This document shows, piece by piece, positions 1 to 8,673 of a stretch of 64,000 nt of DNA. The position numbers and the translations under genes were made by a program. Numbering within the stretch: position 1 is the first letter of the stretch; every line of letters begins with the position of its first letter. Source of the DNA: Pedobacter glucosidilyticus. Its GTDB lineage: Bacteria; Bacteroidota; Bacteroidia; Sphingobacteriales; Sphingobacteriaceae. The notes below the pieces were generated by a model. That model was not told the DNA's origin. It saw only the letters and a program-made list of their open reading frames with translations, and made no database searches. The stretch is taken from assembly GCF_002483235.1 (NCBI RefSeq), contig NZ_DLHN01000026.1:113197-177196 (forward strand). Reading direction: 5' to 3'.

Positions 1-522
1 TTTTTACAAGAAAATCTTTGGCAGCCCATTGTAGATTCTTTACGAGAAGGAGATTATGTTTTTATACAATTTGGACATAATGATGAAAGTCAGAAACATG
101 CTGATAGATATACTTCTCCGGAAGATTATAGCATAAATCTATTAAAGTTCATTAACGAAACAAGATCTAAAAAGGCAAATCCAATTTTGGTAACTCCTGT
201 TTCTAGAAGATATTTTGATAAAGAAGGAAAGATAAAACAAACACATTTACCTTATTCTGAAGTAGTAAGAGTATTAGCAAAAGAACAAAAAGTTATGATG
301 ATTGATTTGGATGAGATGAGTAGGAGTTTATATCAGCAATTTGGTGATGAAGGGTCTAAATTATTATTTCTTGATTTTCCGGCAGGACTACATCCAAACT
401 ACCCAGAAGGGGCTAAAGATGGAACACATTTTAATGACTATGGCGCCAGAAGAATTGCAGAATTGGTACTGCAAGAGCTTAATAAACAGCAAATTGGTTT
501 AGCAACATATATTGTAAAATAA
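1..522 (+). CDS. Rhamnogalacturonan acetylesterase-like SGNH/GDSL hydrolase (CE12-like), 5'-truncated by the window edge
   Basis: Frame 1 is open from nt 1 (FLQENLWQPIVDSLREGDYVFIQFGHNDE...), so track ORF 187..522 is only the tail. It has SGNH block 'FIQFGHND' and the C-terminal catalytic block 'DGTHFNDYGARRIAELV'. TAATG overlap with the next gene. Confidence 0.8.
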   Translation, partial: FLQENLWQPIVDSLREGDYVFIQFGHNDESQKHADRYTSPEDYSINLLKFINETRSKKANPILVTPVSRRYFDKEGKIKQTHLPYSEVVRVLAKEQKVMMIDLDEMSRSLYQQFGDEGSKLLFLDFPAGLHPNYPEGAKDGTHFNDYGARRIAELVLQELNKQQIGLATYIVK

Positions 523-1484
523 TGCGTAATTTTTTTAAGTATCTTTTCTTGTTGATGATAGGTATATTTCATCTGCATGCGGTTAAAGCTAAAGATTACC
601 ATTTTATAGTTGATGCCAAAGGGAGTGGAGATTTTAAAACCGTACAAGAGGCTATAAACGCTGTTCCTGATTTTAGAAAGCAAACAACCATTATTTACAT
701 CAAAAATGGTGTTTACAAAGAGAAGTTGATTTTACCGGGCTCAAAAAAAATGGTAAAATTCATAGGTGAAAGTAAAGAAAAAACCATTCTAACTTTTGAT
801 GATTTTGCAGCTAAGCTTAATAAATTTGGAGAGCCTATGGGTACATCGGGTTCTTCTTCTTTTTACATTTACGGAGATGACTTTAGTGCTGAAAACATCA
901 CGTTTCAAAATTCATCTGGTCCGGTTGGGCAAGCAGTAGCTGTACAGGTTATTGGAGACCGTATACATTTTAAAAATTGCAGATTTTTAGGCTATCAGGA
1001 TACACTTTACACCTACGGTTATGGTAGCAGGCAATATTATGAAAACTGTTATATAGAGGGTACAACAGATTTTATTTTTGGTGCAGCAACAGCCTTGTTT
1101 AAATCTTGCGAGATTTATAGTAAAAAAGGCGGTTCTTTTATCACAGCGGCATCAACTCCTGATACCATAAAATACGGATATGTATTTATAGATTGCAAAC
1201 TTACAAGCGATGCGCCAGAAAAATCAACCTATTTAGGCAGGCCATGGCGTCCTTATGCTAAAACCGTTTTTATTCATTGCGATTTAGGCAAACACATCAA
1301 ACCAGAAGGCTGGGATTTTTGGGGAAAAGAAAGTAATAAGCGTACTGCTTTTTATGCCGAGTATCAAAACAAAGGTGAAGGTTTTAAACCAGAACAACGT
1401 GTAAGTTGGTCTTTTCAATTAACAGTAAATCAAGTAGATAGTTATAATGTGGATTCGATTTTACGAGATTGGATTCCTCAATAA
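522..1484 (+). CDS. Pectinesterase (pectin methylesterase, CE8), secreted
   Basis: Signal peptide. CE8 motifs in order: GVYKEKL, QAVAVQV, YQDTLY, DFIFG, LGRPWRPYAKTVF. Confidence 0.93.
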   Translation: MRNFFKYLFLLMIGIFHLHAVKAKDYHFIVDAKGSGDFKTVQEAINAVPDFRKQTTIIYIKNGVYKEKLILPGSKKMVKFIGESKEKTILTFDDFAAKLNKFGEPMGTSGSSSFYIYGDDFSAENITFQNSSGPVGQAVAVQVIGDRIHFKNCRFLGYQDTLYTYGYGSRQYYENCYIEGTTDFIFGAATALFKSCEIYSKKGGSFITAASTPDTIKYGYVFIDCKLTSDAPEKSTYLGRPWRPYAKTVFIHCDLGKHIKPEGWDFWGKESNKRTAFYAEYQNKGEGFKPEQRVSWSFQLTVNQVDSYNVDSILRDWIPQ

Positions 1485-1530
1485 AGTAAGATAAACTTGT
1501 TTTAAACAAGTGGTATTTTGAATGTTAGCT

Positions 1531-1567
1531 AAGACGATAGGCCTGAGAATCTATCGTCTTTTTTTAT
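1531..1567 (+). terminator. Rho-independent terminator after the CE8 gene
   Basis: Perfect 10-bp stem AAGACGATAG / CTATCGTCTT with a 10-nt loop, followed by TTTTTAT. Confidence 0.75.
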
Positions 1568-1585
1568 TTCTTTTTTACTACATCG

Positions 1586-1605
1586 TTCCCGGCAACGATT
1601 GCACA
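1586..1605. promoter_or_regulatory. Copy 1 of a conserved 20-bp intergenic motif (TTCCCGGCAACGATTGCACA), candidate operator
   Basis: 17/20 positions are invariant with the copies at 8579-8598 and 13373-13392. It lies just after a terminator and 146 nt upstream of the 1751 start. Confidence 0.5.
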
Positions 1606-1750
1606 GATTTATTTGTCTAAATGCCTGTTTTTCAATAAAAAACTTAGTAGAATTGAATAACCAATTAAAGACTTTAAGCTCTTAGAAAAGATTTCAAAAG
1701 CTCAAAATCAACTTACATTTTAAACATTTATCAACTTTAAATTTTAGATT

Positions 1751-2887
1751 ATGATGAAAAAATTACTTTTATCAAGTTCAGTAGTAATTCTGTACTTTTT
1801 AGCTTTTTTAGACGTAAAAGCTCAAGATGATATTGCTGCAACATTCACACCAACCCCTTCTTTTGATTATAATGTTACGGCTAATAATCCAAACCCCAAT
1901 GATGGTGTTGATACTCACCCTTTGTCTGGACCTTATACTCAAGGTAATATTATAATGACATCTTTTGGTATAGGAGCAAGGCAAGAGTCTAATAACGGTT
2001 CAGCTCTTTTCCGTTATTTAAATTTCGGGTCTAATTTTAATGCTACAACAAAAGCAAATAGCATTGATTTTGTAAGTACTTCTGACATTAAGCAAATTAC
2101 ACTTTTATTTAGAGGTGGTGGTGGGTCCGCAGCAGCCCAACCTGTGGTTTATGCAGGAGCAGATGAAGCAAGTGCAGTTATCATCAATTCTGGACAAGTA
2201 GGTTATATTGATGGTTTTCCGGCAGGTGCTGGTTTAGCACCTGGTAAATACAGCACAGGTGTTTTCCCTGCTGGAACTAAGTATGTTAGAATTATTAGAA
2301 CAAGTGGTCAAACACTAAGGATATATAGAGTCTTAGCTAGTACAGCAGTTTTTACTCTACCTTTAGACTTCCTTTCTTTCTCTGCTAAACCATCAACTTT
2401 TGGAAGTGTTGATTTAGACTGGAAAACAACCAATGAGGTAAATACCAAAAATTTCGAAGTTCAAAGCAGAACAGCTAACTCGGAATTTAAAACCATAGGT
2501 TTTGTGGATAGTAAAAACACTGCTGGAGTTCACAATTATTCTTTTACAGATAGCAAGCCTCTAGCATCTACTGTGTATTACAGAATAAAGCAAGTAGATA
2601 AGGATGGCGAATTTGATTATAGTGATGTTAAATCAGTTAATCTTAAACAAGGTATTTCATTAGCAGTATACCCTAACCCTGTAAGTGATGTATTAAGTGT
2701 TAAACACCCAACTTCTGTAAATCGTGTAACTATAATAAATTTGGAGGGTAAAAAATTGTTAGAAAAAGCAGTTTCTAATGATACTATTTCTACGGATATA
2801 AATGTGGCAAGTTTACATGTTGGTACTTATATCGTTGTGGTAGATGCTAATGGAGAACAATCTTCGGCAAAGTTTATTAAAAAATAG
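1751..2887 (+). CDS. Secreted protein of unknown function with an Fn3-like module and a T9SS C-terminal sorting domain
   Basis: Signal peptide (…LDVKAQ). The N-terminal ~200 aa have no recognisable motif. The module LDFLSF…WKTTNEVNTKNFEV…YYRIKQVDKDGEFDYS is shared with the next two genes. C-terminal 'VYPNPVSDVLSV…KFIKK' is typical of a T9SS CTD (about 2660-2884). Confidence 0.75.
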   Translation: MMKKLLLSSSVVILYFLAFLDVKAQDDIAATFTPTPSFDYNVTANNPNPNDGVDTHPLSGPYTQGNIIMTSFGIGARQESNNGSALFRYLNFGSNFNATTKANSIDFVSTSDIKQITLLFRGGGGSAAAQPVVYAGADEASAVIINSGQVGYIDGFPAGAGLAPGKYSTGVFPAGTKYVRIIRTSGQTLRIYRVLASTAVFTLPLDFLSFSAKPSTFGSVDLDWKTTNEVNTKNFEVQSRTANSEFKTIGFVDSKNTAGVHNYSFTDSKPLASTVYYRIKQVDKDGEFDYSDVKSVNLKQGISLAVYPNPVSDVLSVKHPTSVNRVTIINLEGKKLLEKAVSNDTISTDINVASLHVGTYIVVVDANGEQSSAKFIKK

Positions 2888-2907
2888 CCTATTACTTTCT
2901 TAACTAA

Positions 2908-2946
2908 AAAGGCATGTTTCTTATAGGATGCATGCCTTTATTTAGT
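2908..2946 (+). terminator. Hairpin/terminator candidate
   Basis: 9-bp stem AAAGGCATG / CATGCCTTT with a 14-nt loop, followed by ATTTAG. The T-tract is weak. Confidence 0.5.
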
Positions 2947-2962
2947 CCGTTATTTCCTTCAA

Positions 2963-4702
2963 ATGAAAAAGTTTTACTTGTTCATACTGGTTGTTTTTTG
3001 CTTTAATGTTAAGGATTTATATGCCTCTCAATATACGGTTAGTACTGTTACAGAACTTAGAAGCGCTATTTCTGCTGCCCAAGCTGGCGATGTAATTTTA
3101 TTAAACGGAGGCACTTATACGTTCACGACAAGGTTAGAAATTAAAAATAAAAGTGGAAATGCCAGTAGTAGAATCACTTTAATGGCTAATCCGGCTAGTG
3201 TTAATAGACCAAGATTTGATTTTTCTGCCATGCCTGAAAATAGTAGCAATGTTGGCGTATTAGTAGAAAACGCAAATTATTGGCATATCAAAGGAATAGA
3301 TGTTTTTAAAGCCGGAGACAACGGTATGCAAATAAAAGCATCAAATAATAATATTGTTGAGTTTTGTACCTTTTCAGAGTGTGCTGATTCTGGTTTGCAG
3401 ATTGATAATGGCTCTGCATCCAATCTCATTCTAAATTGTGATTCTTTCTTTAATGCCGATTCTAGCCTAGAAAATGCCGACGGATTTGCTTGCAAACTAA
3501 CCGCTGGTACGGGTAATATTTTTAGAGGATGCCGGGCTTGGCAAAATTTAGATGATGGCTGGGATGGATACTTAAGAGGCGCTGATAATATCAGTACTAC
3601 TTATGAAAATTGTTGGGCTTTTGATAATGGAAAACTAAAATCAGGTGCTGTAAGTGGAGGCGATGGTAATGGTTTTAAAACCGGAGGAAGTGATCTTAAA
3701 GATTTAAAGCACAATGCTGTCTTAAAAAATTGCCTAGCAGTTGGTAATGTATCTAAAGGTTTTGATCATAACAGTAACAGAGGCGAAGTAACCTTATTTA
3801 ATTGTGCTGCCACAGGTAATGGTAGTAATATGGGCTTTAGTAATACCAATCCTTTAAGCAAACTTACTATTAAAAACAGTTTAGTATTAGGTAGCACAGG
3901 TTCTGTAAATGCTACTTTATTAGATGTTACCAATAACAGCTGGAATAGTAGTCCGGCGGTAAGTGTTACATCTGCAGATTTTGTAAGTGTTGATGTAGTA
4001 GATTTAAAATTACCAAGAAAGCCAGATGGTAGCTTACCTGATATTAATTTCTTTAAACTGCTTGCTAATAGTGATTTAATAGATAGAGGAGTAGATGTGG
4101 GTTTAACTTTTTCAGGTTCAGCACCAGATATTGGAGCTTTTGAATATGTAGTACCTCTTCCATTAGATTTATTGAAGTTTGAAGCACAGAGAATGGCTAA
4201 TCAATCAACTGTGAAATTAACATGGTTAACTACGAATGAGGTAAATACAAAAGATTTTGAAGTTTTTAGAAGAGACGATGATACACCTTTTGTTAAAATA
4301 CACCAACAAATCGCAAGAAATACTCCGGGTATTCATTATTATGAGTTTATAGATGAAAATCCATTATTAGGAAAAGCATACTATCAGCTTAAACAAATAG
4401 ATAAAGATGGAAAGTTTACGCTGAGTGATGTGGTTTTTGTGGCAGGATTTAAATCTGCTAATATCTTTTCAATATATCCGAATCCAGTACAAGAGATAAT
4501 GAATATAAAAAGTCTTGAAGAGCTAAGAGGGGTCAAAATTATATTTGAAAATCTGCTTGGGCAGAAAATATTTGAGGATACTTTAAACTTTATAGCTGGA
4601 GAAAACTTCATAAACATTCAACACCTTCCACAGGGTATTTATACAATGTACGTCATAAAAAATCACGATGTGCTACTGGTAAAAAAAGTAGTAAAAAAAT
4701 AA
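2963..4702 (+). CDS. Right-handed beta-helix pectate lyase-like protein (PL9-like, family unverified) with Fn3-like module and T9SS C-terminal domain
   Basis: Signal peptide. Motifs NYWHIKGIDVF, ENADGFACKL, GCRAWQNLDDGWDGY, GDGNGFKTGG, GFDHNSNRGE. About 65% identical by eye to the 10308 gene. C-terminal shared module (about 4150-4445) and 'IYPNPVQEIMNI…' CTD (about 4466-4699). Confidence 0.8.
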   Translation: MKKFYLFILVVFCFNVKDLYASQYTVSTVTELRSAISAAQAGDVILLNGGTYTFTTRLEIKNKSGNASSRITLMANPASVNRPRFDFSAMPENSSNVGVLVENANYWHIKGIDVFKAGDNGMQIKASNNNIVEFCTFSECADSGLQIDNGSASNLILNCDSFFNADSSLENADGFACKLTAGTGNIFRGCRAWQNLDDGWDGYLRGADNISTTYENCWAFDNGKLKSGAVSGGDGNGFKTGGSDLKDLKHNAVLKNCLAVGNVSKGFDHNSNRGEVTLFNCAATGNGSNMGFSNTNPLSKLTIKNSLVLGSTGSVNATLLDVTNNSWNSSPAVSVTSADFVSVDVVDLKLPRKPDGSLPDINFFKLLANSDLIDRGVDVGLTFSGSAPDIGAFEYVVPLPLDLLKFEAQRMANQSTVKLTWLTTNEVNTKDFEVFRRDDDTPFVKIHQQIARNTPGIHYYEFIDENPLLGKAYYQLKQIDKDGKFTLSDVVFVAGFKSANIFSIYPNPVQEIMNIKSLEELRGVKIIFENLLGQKIFEDTLNFIAGENFINIQHLPQGIYTMYVIKNHDVLLVKKVVKK

Positions 4703-4781
4703 CAATCAAGCTTGATTTCATGAATCGCCCTATTACTAGCGGACAAGATAATCAGCAATAAAATCAATTTAACCTAATTTT

Positions 4782-7700
4782 ATGAAAAGAATAATTTACG
4801 CTATTTTTCTATCAATTTTATTAGTTTCTAGTGCGGCAGCGCAAAGTGTTACTGCTACCTGGTCACTATTAGCCAATACTTCCGGAACAGTTTCAGCGGG
4901 AGGATTAACATTAAGTAACCAAAACTTAGGAAGTGCTATATCTGGTGTTCAATATGGCTCTACTTTTGGAACTGTATCAGGGTGGCAAAGAGTTGCCTCA
5001 ACTGTTACTTTACCTACTAGTTATCAAGCAAATTCATATATAGAATATGCAATTACTGTACCTGCTGGTAAAAAAATCACGATTAGTAATATTAATTTTA
5101 GTGCATTAGGAGGTGGAACAAGCGGTGCAAGAATGGCTGTTTTTTACTCTTTAAATGGTTTTCTAAACTCATCTTCTGCTGGGACTATTAGTTATAATAA
5201 TACAAGTTATGCTAATGATACAGGAGCAGGAGCAGTAAGCTTATTAAATACAAGTACAACCCCCCTTACAGGGCAAGAAGTAGCTAACATAAACACGAAT
5301 ATAGAAGTAGGTCAAAACAAAACGTTTACCATAAGAATTTATGTTTGGGCAGGTTCAACAGGTAGGTATTTCACCTCTAAAGATTTTAAGTTAACAGGGG
5401 TTATAGCAGATGATACTACCCCTGTTTTACCCCGTTATACCGTTAACACAATAGTTAATAATAGTAGTGCGGGTACAGTTATTAAAACTCCCAATAATAC
5501 TGATTATGAGGAAGGCTCGTCACTAAGTATACAAGCAGTTGCTAATTTTGGTTATAGATTTGTAAAATGGATTAATACAGATAACAATGCAGATTTATCT
5601 ACAACCAACCCTTATGTTATCACAGTAAATGCCTCACAAAATATTACCGCTGTTTTTGAAACCCTTACAACTTATAACTTCACCTTAAATAAGGTAGGTT
5701 CTAACTGGGGCGAGGTTAATTTATCTCCAGCCCCAACAAATGGTAAATACGTTGCCGGTACAGAAGTTACGATGACAGTTATTCCTAACCGGGTAACTAG
5801 TTTTAGTTATTGGGATGATAATTCTACAGCATTACAAAAAGTTGTTACAATCGATGCTGATAAAACTTTTACCGCAACCTTTGATGAAATTCCTTTCATC
5901 GTTGGTTGGGACTTTAAAGCCGAGAACCCTAAAATTAATCGTACGGGAGACTTTTATTCAGAGTCTAGTAATACAGGGTTGATAGCTATATACGAACCTA
6001 GTGGTACAGCTGTTAACTGGTTATCAAATACGGGTTCTTTTTCTCCTGCCTATCCTAATCTAAGATTTTGGACGGCTGGCGCAAGTTTTAATACAACCAG
6101 AAGATATCTCAAAGCTCAATTTGCTACAACCGGATATAAAAATATTCAGGTAAAATCTATGGTTACGGCTAATTATCAAGCTTATGCAGTACAAAAGCTT
6201 CAATATTCTTTAGATGATATTAGCTATACAGATGTTGCAAATGTTGATATCACAAGCGTTTACAATGCCAGTTGGAAAGACTTAAATGTTACTTTACCTG
6301 TTGCGGCAGAAGGTCAAGCTAGGGTTTATTTAAAATGGATAGCGGATACTTCTAGTCCTATTTTAGGAAATTCAACAGATAACGATGGGACAGCATTTAC
6401 CAATATTTTTGTTTTTGCAGATAAAGAAATTGTAAACGATACCGATGCACCTTTATTAATATCAAGTGTGCCTGCATCATCTTCAAGCACAGCAACCATC
6501 AATGGTTCTATAGTACTTACTTTTAATGAGAAAGTGAAAGTAGGTACGGGTAATATTACTTTGGGTAGTACTTCTTTAACCGGAGTTTTTGGAGCTAAAA
6601 CGGCAACTTTTGCTTATGAAAAGCTGAACTATAATACACAATACACTTTCACTGTTCCAGCTGGTGCTTTAACAGATATGTCTGGTAATCCTTATGCTGG
6701 CACAACTATCACTTTTACAACTGCTAGCCGTACACAACCAACAAGAAAATTATTTGATGCCGTTGTTGCAAAAGATGGTTCTGGAGATTATACCTCAGTA
6801 ATTGATGCTATTGCAGCTGCTCCAACATCCAGAACTACACCTTGGGTAATTTTCATTAAAAATGGTAAATATACTGGTCATCATGATATCCCAAGCAATA
6901 AACCTTTTATACACTTAATAGGCCAAAGCAGAAATGGGGTTATTATTTCTGATAACAGATTGTCTGGCGCAAATAACATTGGAGCAACTGTATATCACGT
7001 AAGTCAGGGCGCAACAATGGTCGTAAACGCTAGAGATTGTTATTTCGAAAATATCATTTTTGAAAACAGCTATGGTTTTGAGACACAAGCAGGTCCACAA
7101 GCTTTAGCATTATACACCACAACAGATAAGTTTGCGATGAACAATTGCTACTTAAGAAGCTATCAGGACACTTATTTAACAGCTTATAGCAGTATTGCTG
7201 ATAGACATTACATCAAAAATTCTAGAATAGAAGGTGCAGTAGATTTTATTTATGGTGGTGGAGATGTGTTTTTTGATAAAGATACGATAACTATGACCCG
7301 TAAAGATGGTGGTTACATTGTTGCGCCAAGTCATGGTAATGGTACAGCATGGGGTTATGTATTTAGTAATTGTGTAATTAATGAATCAGTTGTAACTGGT
7401 GCTACATCTTACTTTGGCAGGCCTTGGCAAAATGCCCCTAAAACAGTTTTTATCAATACCAAACTATTAACCGGCATTTATGCAGCAGGTTGGTATTATA
7501 AAATGGGTGCTATTCCGGCTGTGTTTGCAGACTATAATACGGTTAACGCCCAAGGTAACCCGATAGATTTAAGTCAGCGTATTTCTAATTACGAGTACGA
7601 TGTAAAAGATGCAAATGGCAATGTAACCAGTACAGTAACTGGCGTAGCAAAAAAATCTTTAACAGATACAGAGGCGGCAAGTTATACTTATGAAAATGTG

Positions 7701-8510
7701 ATTCTTAGAAGTGGTGATATTTGGGATCCAAGGTTAATAGCAGAAGCCCCAGATAAGCCAGCAAATTTACAACGTATTGGTAATACATTATCTTGGGATG
7801 ATGTGCCTTATACACGTTTGTATGTAATTACGAGAAATAGCAACGTAATAGGATTTTCACTAACCAATAGCTTTACAGATAATACTGCGGTTAGTAATAC
7901 CAATTATACTTACACAGTGCAAGCTGCAAGCGAGTATGGTGCTTTAAGTCAGGCATCAACACCATATCAAACTTTACCTCTTCAACTTTTAAGCTTTCAA
8001 GCGCAAGCTGTTAGACAAGGTAAAGAAGTTGCTTTAAAATGGACTACCGCTCAAGAAATCAATACCGCAAGTTTTGATATAGAAAGAAGTGTTGATGGAC
8101 AGGTGTTTAATGCTATTGGTAATGTAAAAGCACAAAACAAAAGTGGTAATTTCAACTATCAATTTACGGATTTTTCTCCTCTTAAAGGCGTTAGCTATTA
8201 CCGCTTAAAACAAATAGATTTAGATGCAAAGTTTGAATACAGCCCTATAAAAGCGGTTGATATTACAAATAATCAGATTATTATTTACCCTAATCCAGTA
8301 AGTTCTGAGCTGGCTATCTCTCATCTAGGCGCAAAAGCAGCTGGCAAGCTAAGTATTTTTGATAGCATGGGTAAAGAGGTTTTAAAAATTGATGGACTGA
8401 AATCAGAAAATCAAACTAAGGTTGATGTTTCTGCACTTAACGCTGGTGTTTATTTCATTCAACTTAATATAGGTAAAGAAATATTTAGCAGTAAGTTTAT
8501 CAAGCAATAA
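4782..8510 (+). CDS. 1242-aa multidomain secreted pectinesterase (CE8 core) with T9SS C-terminal domain
   Basis: Signal peptide, then two uncharacterised N-terminal domains. Two InlB-B-repeat-like units (about 5436-5660 and 5670-5890). Ig-like 'DTDAPLLISSVPA…' domain (about 6441-6730). CE8 core (about 6745-7740) with QALALYT, YQDTYL, DFIYGGG, FGRPWQNAPKTVF. Fn3 (about 7750-7975), shared module (about 7975-8270) and 'IYPNPVSSELAI…' CTD (about 8274-8507). Confidence 0.88.
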   Translation: MKRIIYAIFLSILLVSSAAAQSVTATWSLLANTSGTVSAGGLTLSNQNLGSAISGVQYGSTFGTVSGWQRVASTVTLPTSYQANSYIEYAITVPAGKKITISNINFSALGGGTSGARMAVFYSLNGFLNSSSAGTISYNNTSYANDTGAGAVSLLNTSTTPLTGQEVANINTNIEVGQNKTFTIRIYVWAGSTGRYFTSKDFKLTGVIADDTTPVLPRYTVNTIVNNSSAGTVIKTPNNTDYEEGSSLSIQAVANFGYRFVKWINTDNNADLSTTNPYVITVNASQNITAVFETLTTYNFTLNKVGSNWGEVNLSPAPTNGKYVAGTEVTMTVIPNRVTSFSYWDDNSTALQKVVTIDADKTFTATFDEIPFIVGWDFKAENPKINRTGDFYSESSNTGLIAIYEPSGTAVNWLSNTGSFSPAYPNLRFWTAGASFNTTRRYLKAQFATTGYKNIQVKSMVTANYQAYAVQKLQYSLDDISYTDVANVDITSVYNASWKDLNVTLPVAAEGQARVYLKWIADTSSPILGNSTDNDGTAFTNIFVFADKEIVNDTDAPLLISSVPASSSSTATINGSIVLTFNEKVKVGTGNITLGSTSLTGVFGAKTATFAYEKLNYNTQYTFTVPAGALTDMSGNPYAGTTITFTTASRTQPTRKLFDAVVAKDGSGDYTSVIDAIAAAPTSRTTPWVIFIKNGKYTGHHDIPSNKPFIHLIGQSRNGVIISDNRLSGANNIGATVYHVSQGATMVVNARDCYFENIIFENSYGFETQAGPQALALYTTTDKFAMNNCYLRSYQDTYLTAYSSIADRHYIKNSRIEGAVDFIYGGGDVFFDKDTITMTRKDGGYIVAPSHGNGTAWGYVFSNCVINESVVTGATSYFGRPWQNAPKTVFINTKLLTGIYAAGWYYKMGAIPAVFADYNTVNAQGNPIDLSQRISNYEYDVKDANGNVTSTVTGVAKKSLTDTEAASYTYENVILRSGDIWDPRLIAEAPDKPANLQRIGNTLSWDDVPYTRLYVITRNSNVIGFSLTNSFTDNTAVSNTNYTYTVQAASEYGALSQASTPYQTLPLQLLSFQAQAVRQGKEVALKWTTAQEINTASFDIERSVDGQVFNAIGNVKAQNKSGNFNYQFTDFSPLKGVSYYRLKQIDLDAKFEYSPIKAVDITNNQIIIYPNPVSSELAISHLGAKAAGKLSIFDSMGKEVLKIDGLKSENQTKVDVSALNAGVYFIQLNIGKEIFSSKFIKQ

Positions 8511-8529
8511 GCTATCTGTTATCAGAAAG

Positions 8530-8558
8530 GGTTTAGGCTAATAGCTTAAACCTTTTTT
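8530..8558 (+). terminator. Rho-independent terminator
   Basis: 9-bp stem GGTTTAGGC / GCTTAAACC (one G-U pair) with a 5-nt loop, followed by TTTTTT. Confidence 0.8.
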
Positions 8559-8578
8559 AGTTTTTTATGCCTTTATAA

Positions 8579-8598
8579 TTCCCGGTATCGATTGCATA
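8579..8598. promoter_or_regulatory. Copy 2 of the conserved 20-bp motif (TTCCCGGTATCGATTGCATA)
   Basis: Same motif as at 1586 and 13373. It lies 21 nt after a terminator and 76 nt upstream of the GH43 start. Confidence 0.5.
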
Positions 8599-8673
8599 GT
8601 TTGTCGAGCATAAGTACTAACATCTTAAAATTTTTTATGTAGAATTGCAAAAGAAGCCAATTTTATAATCATC

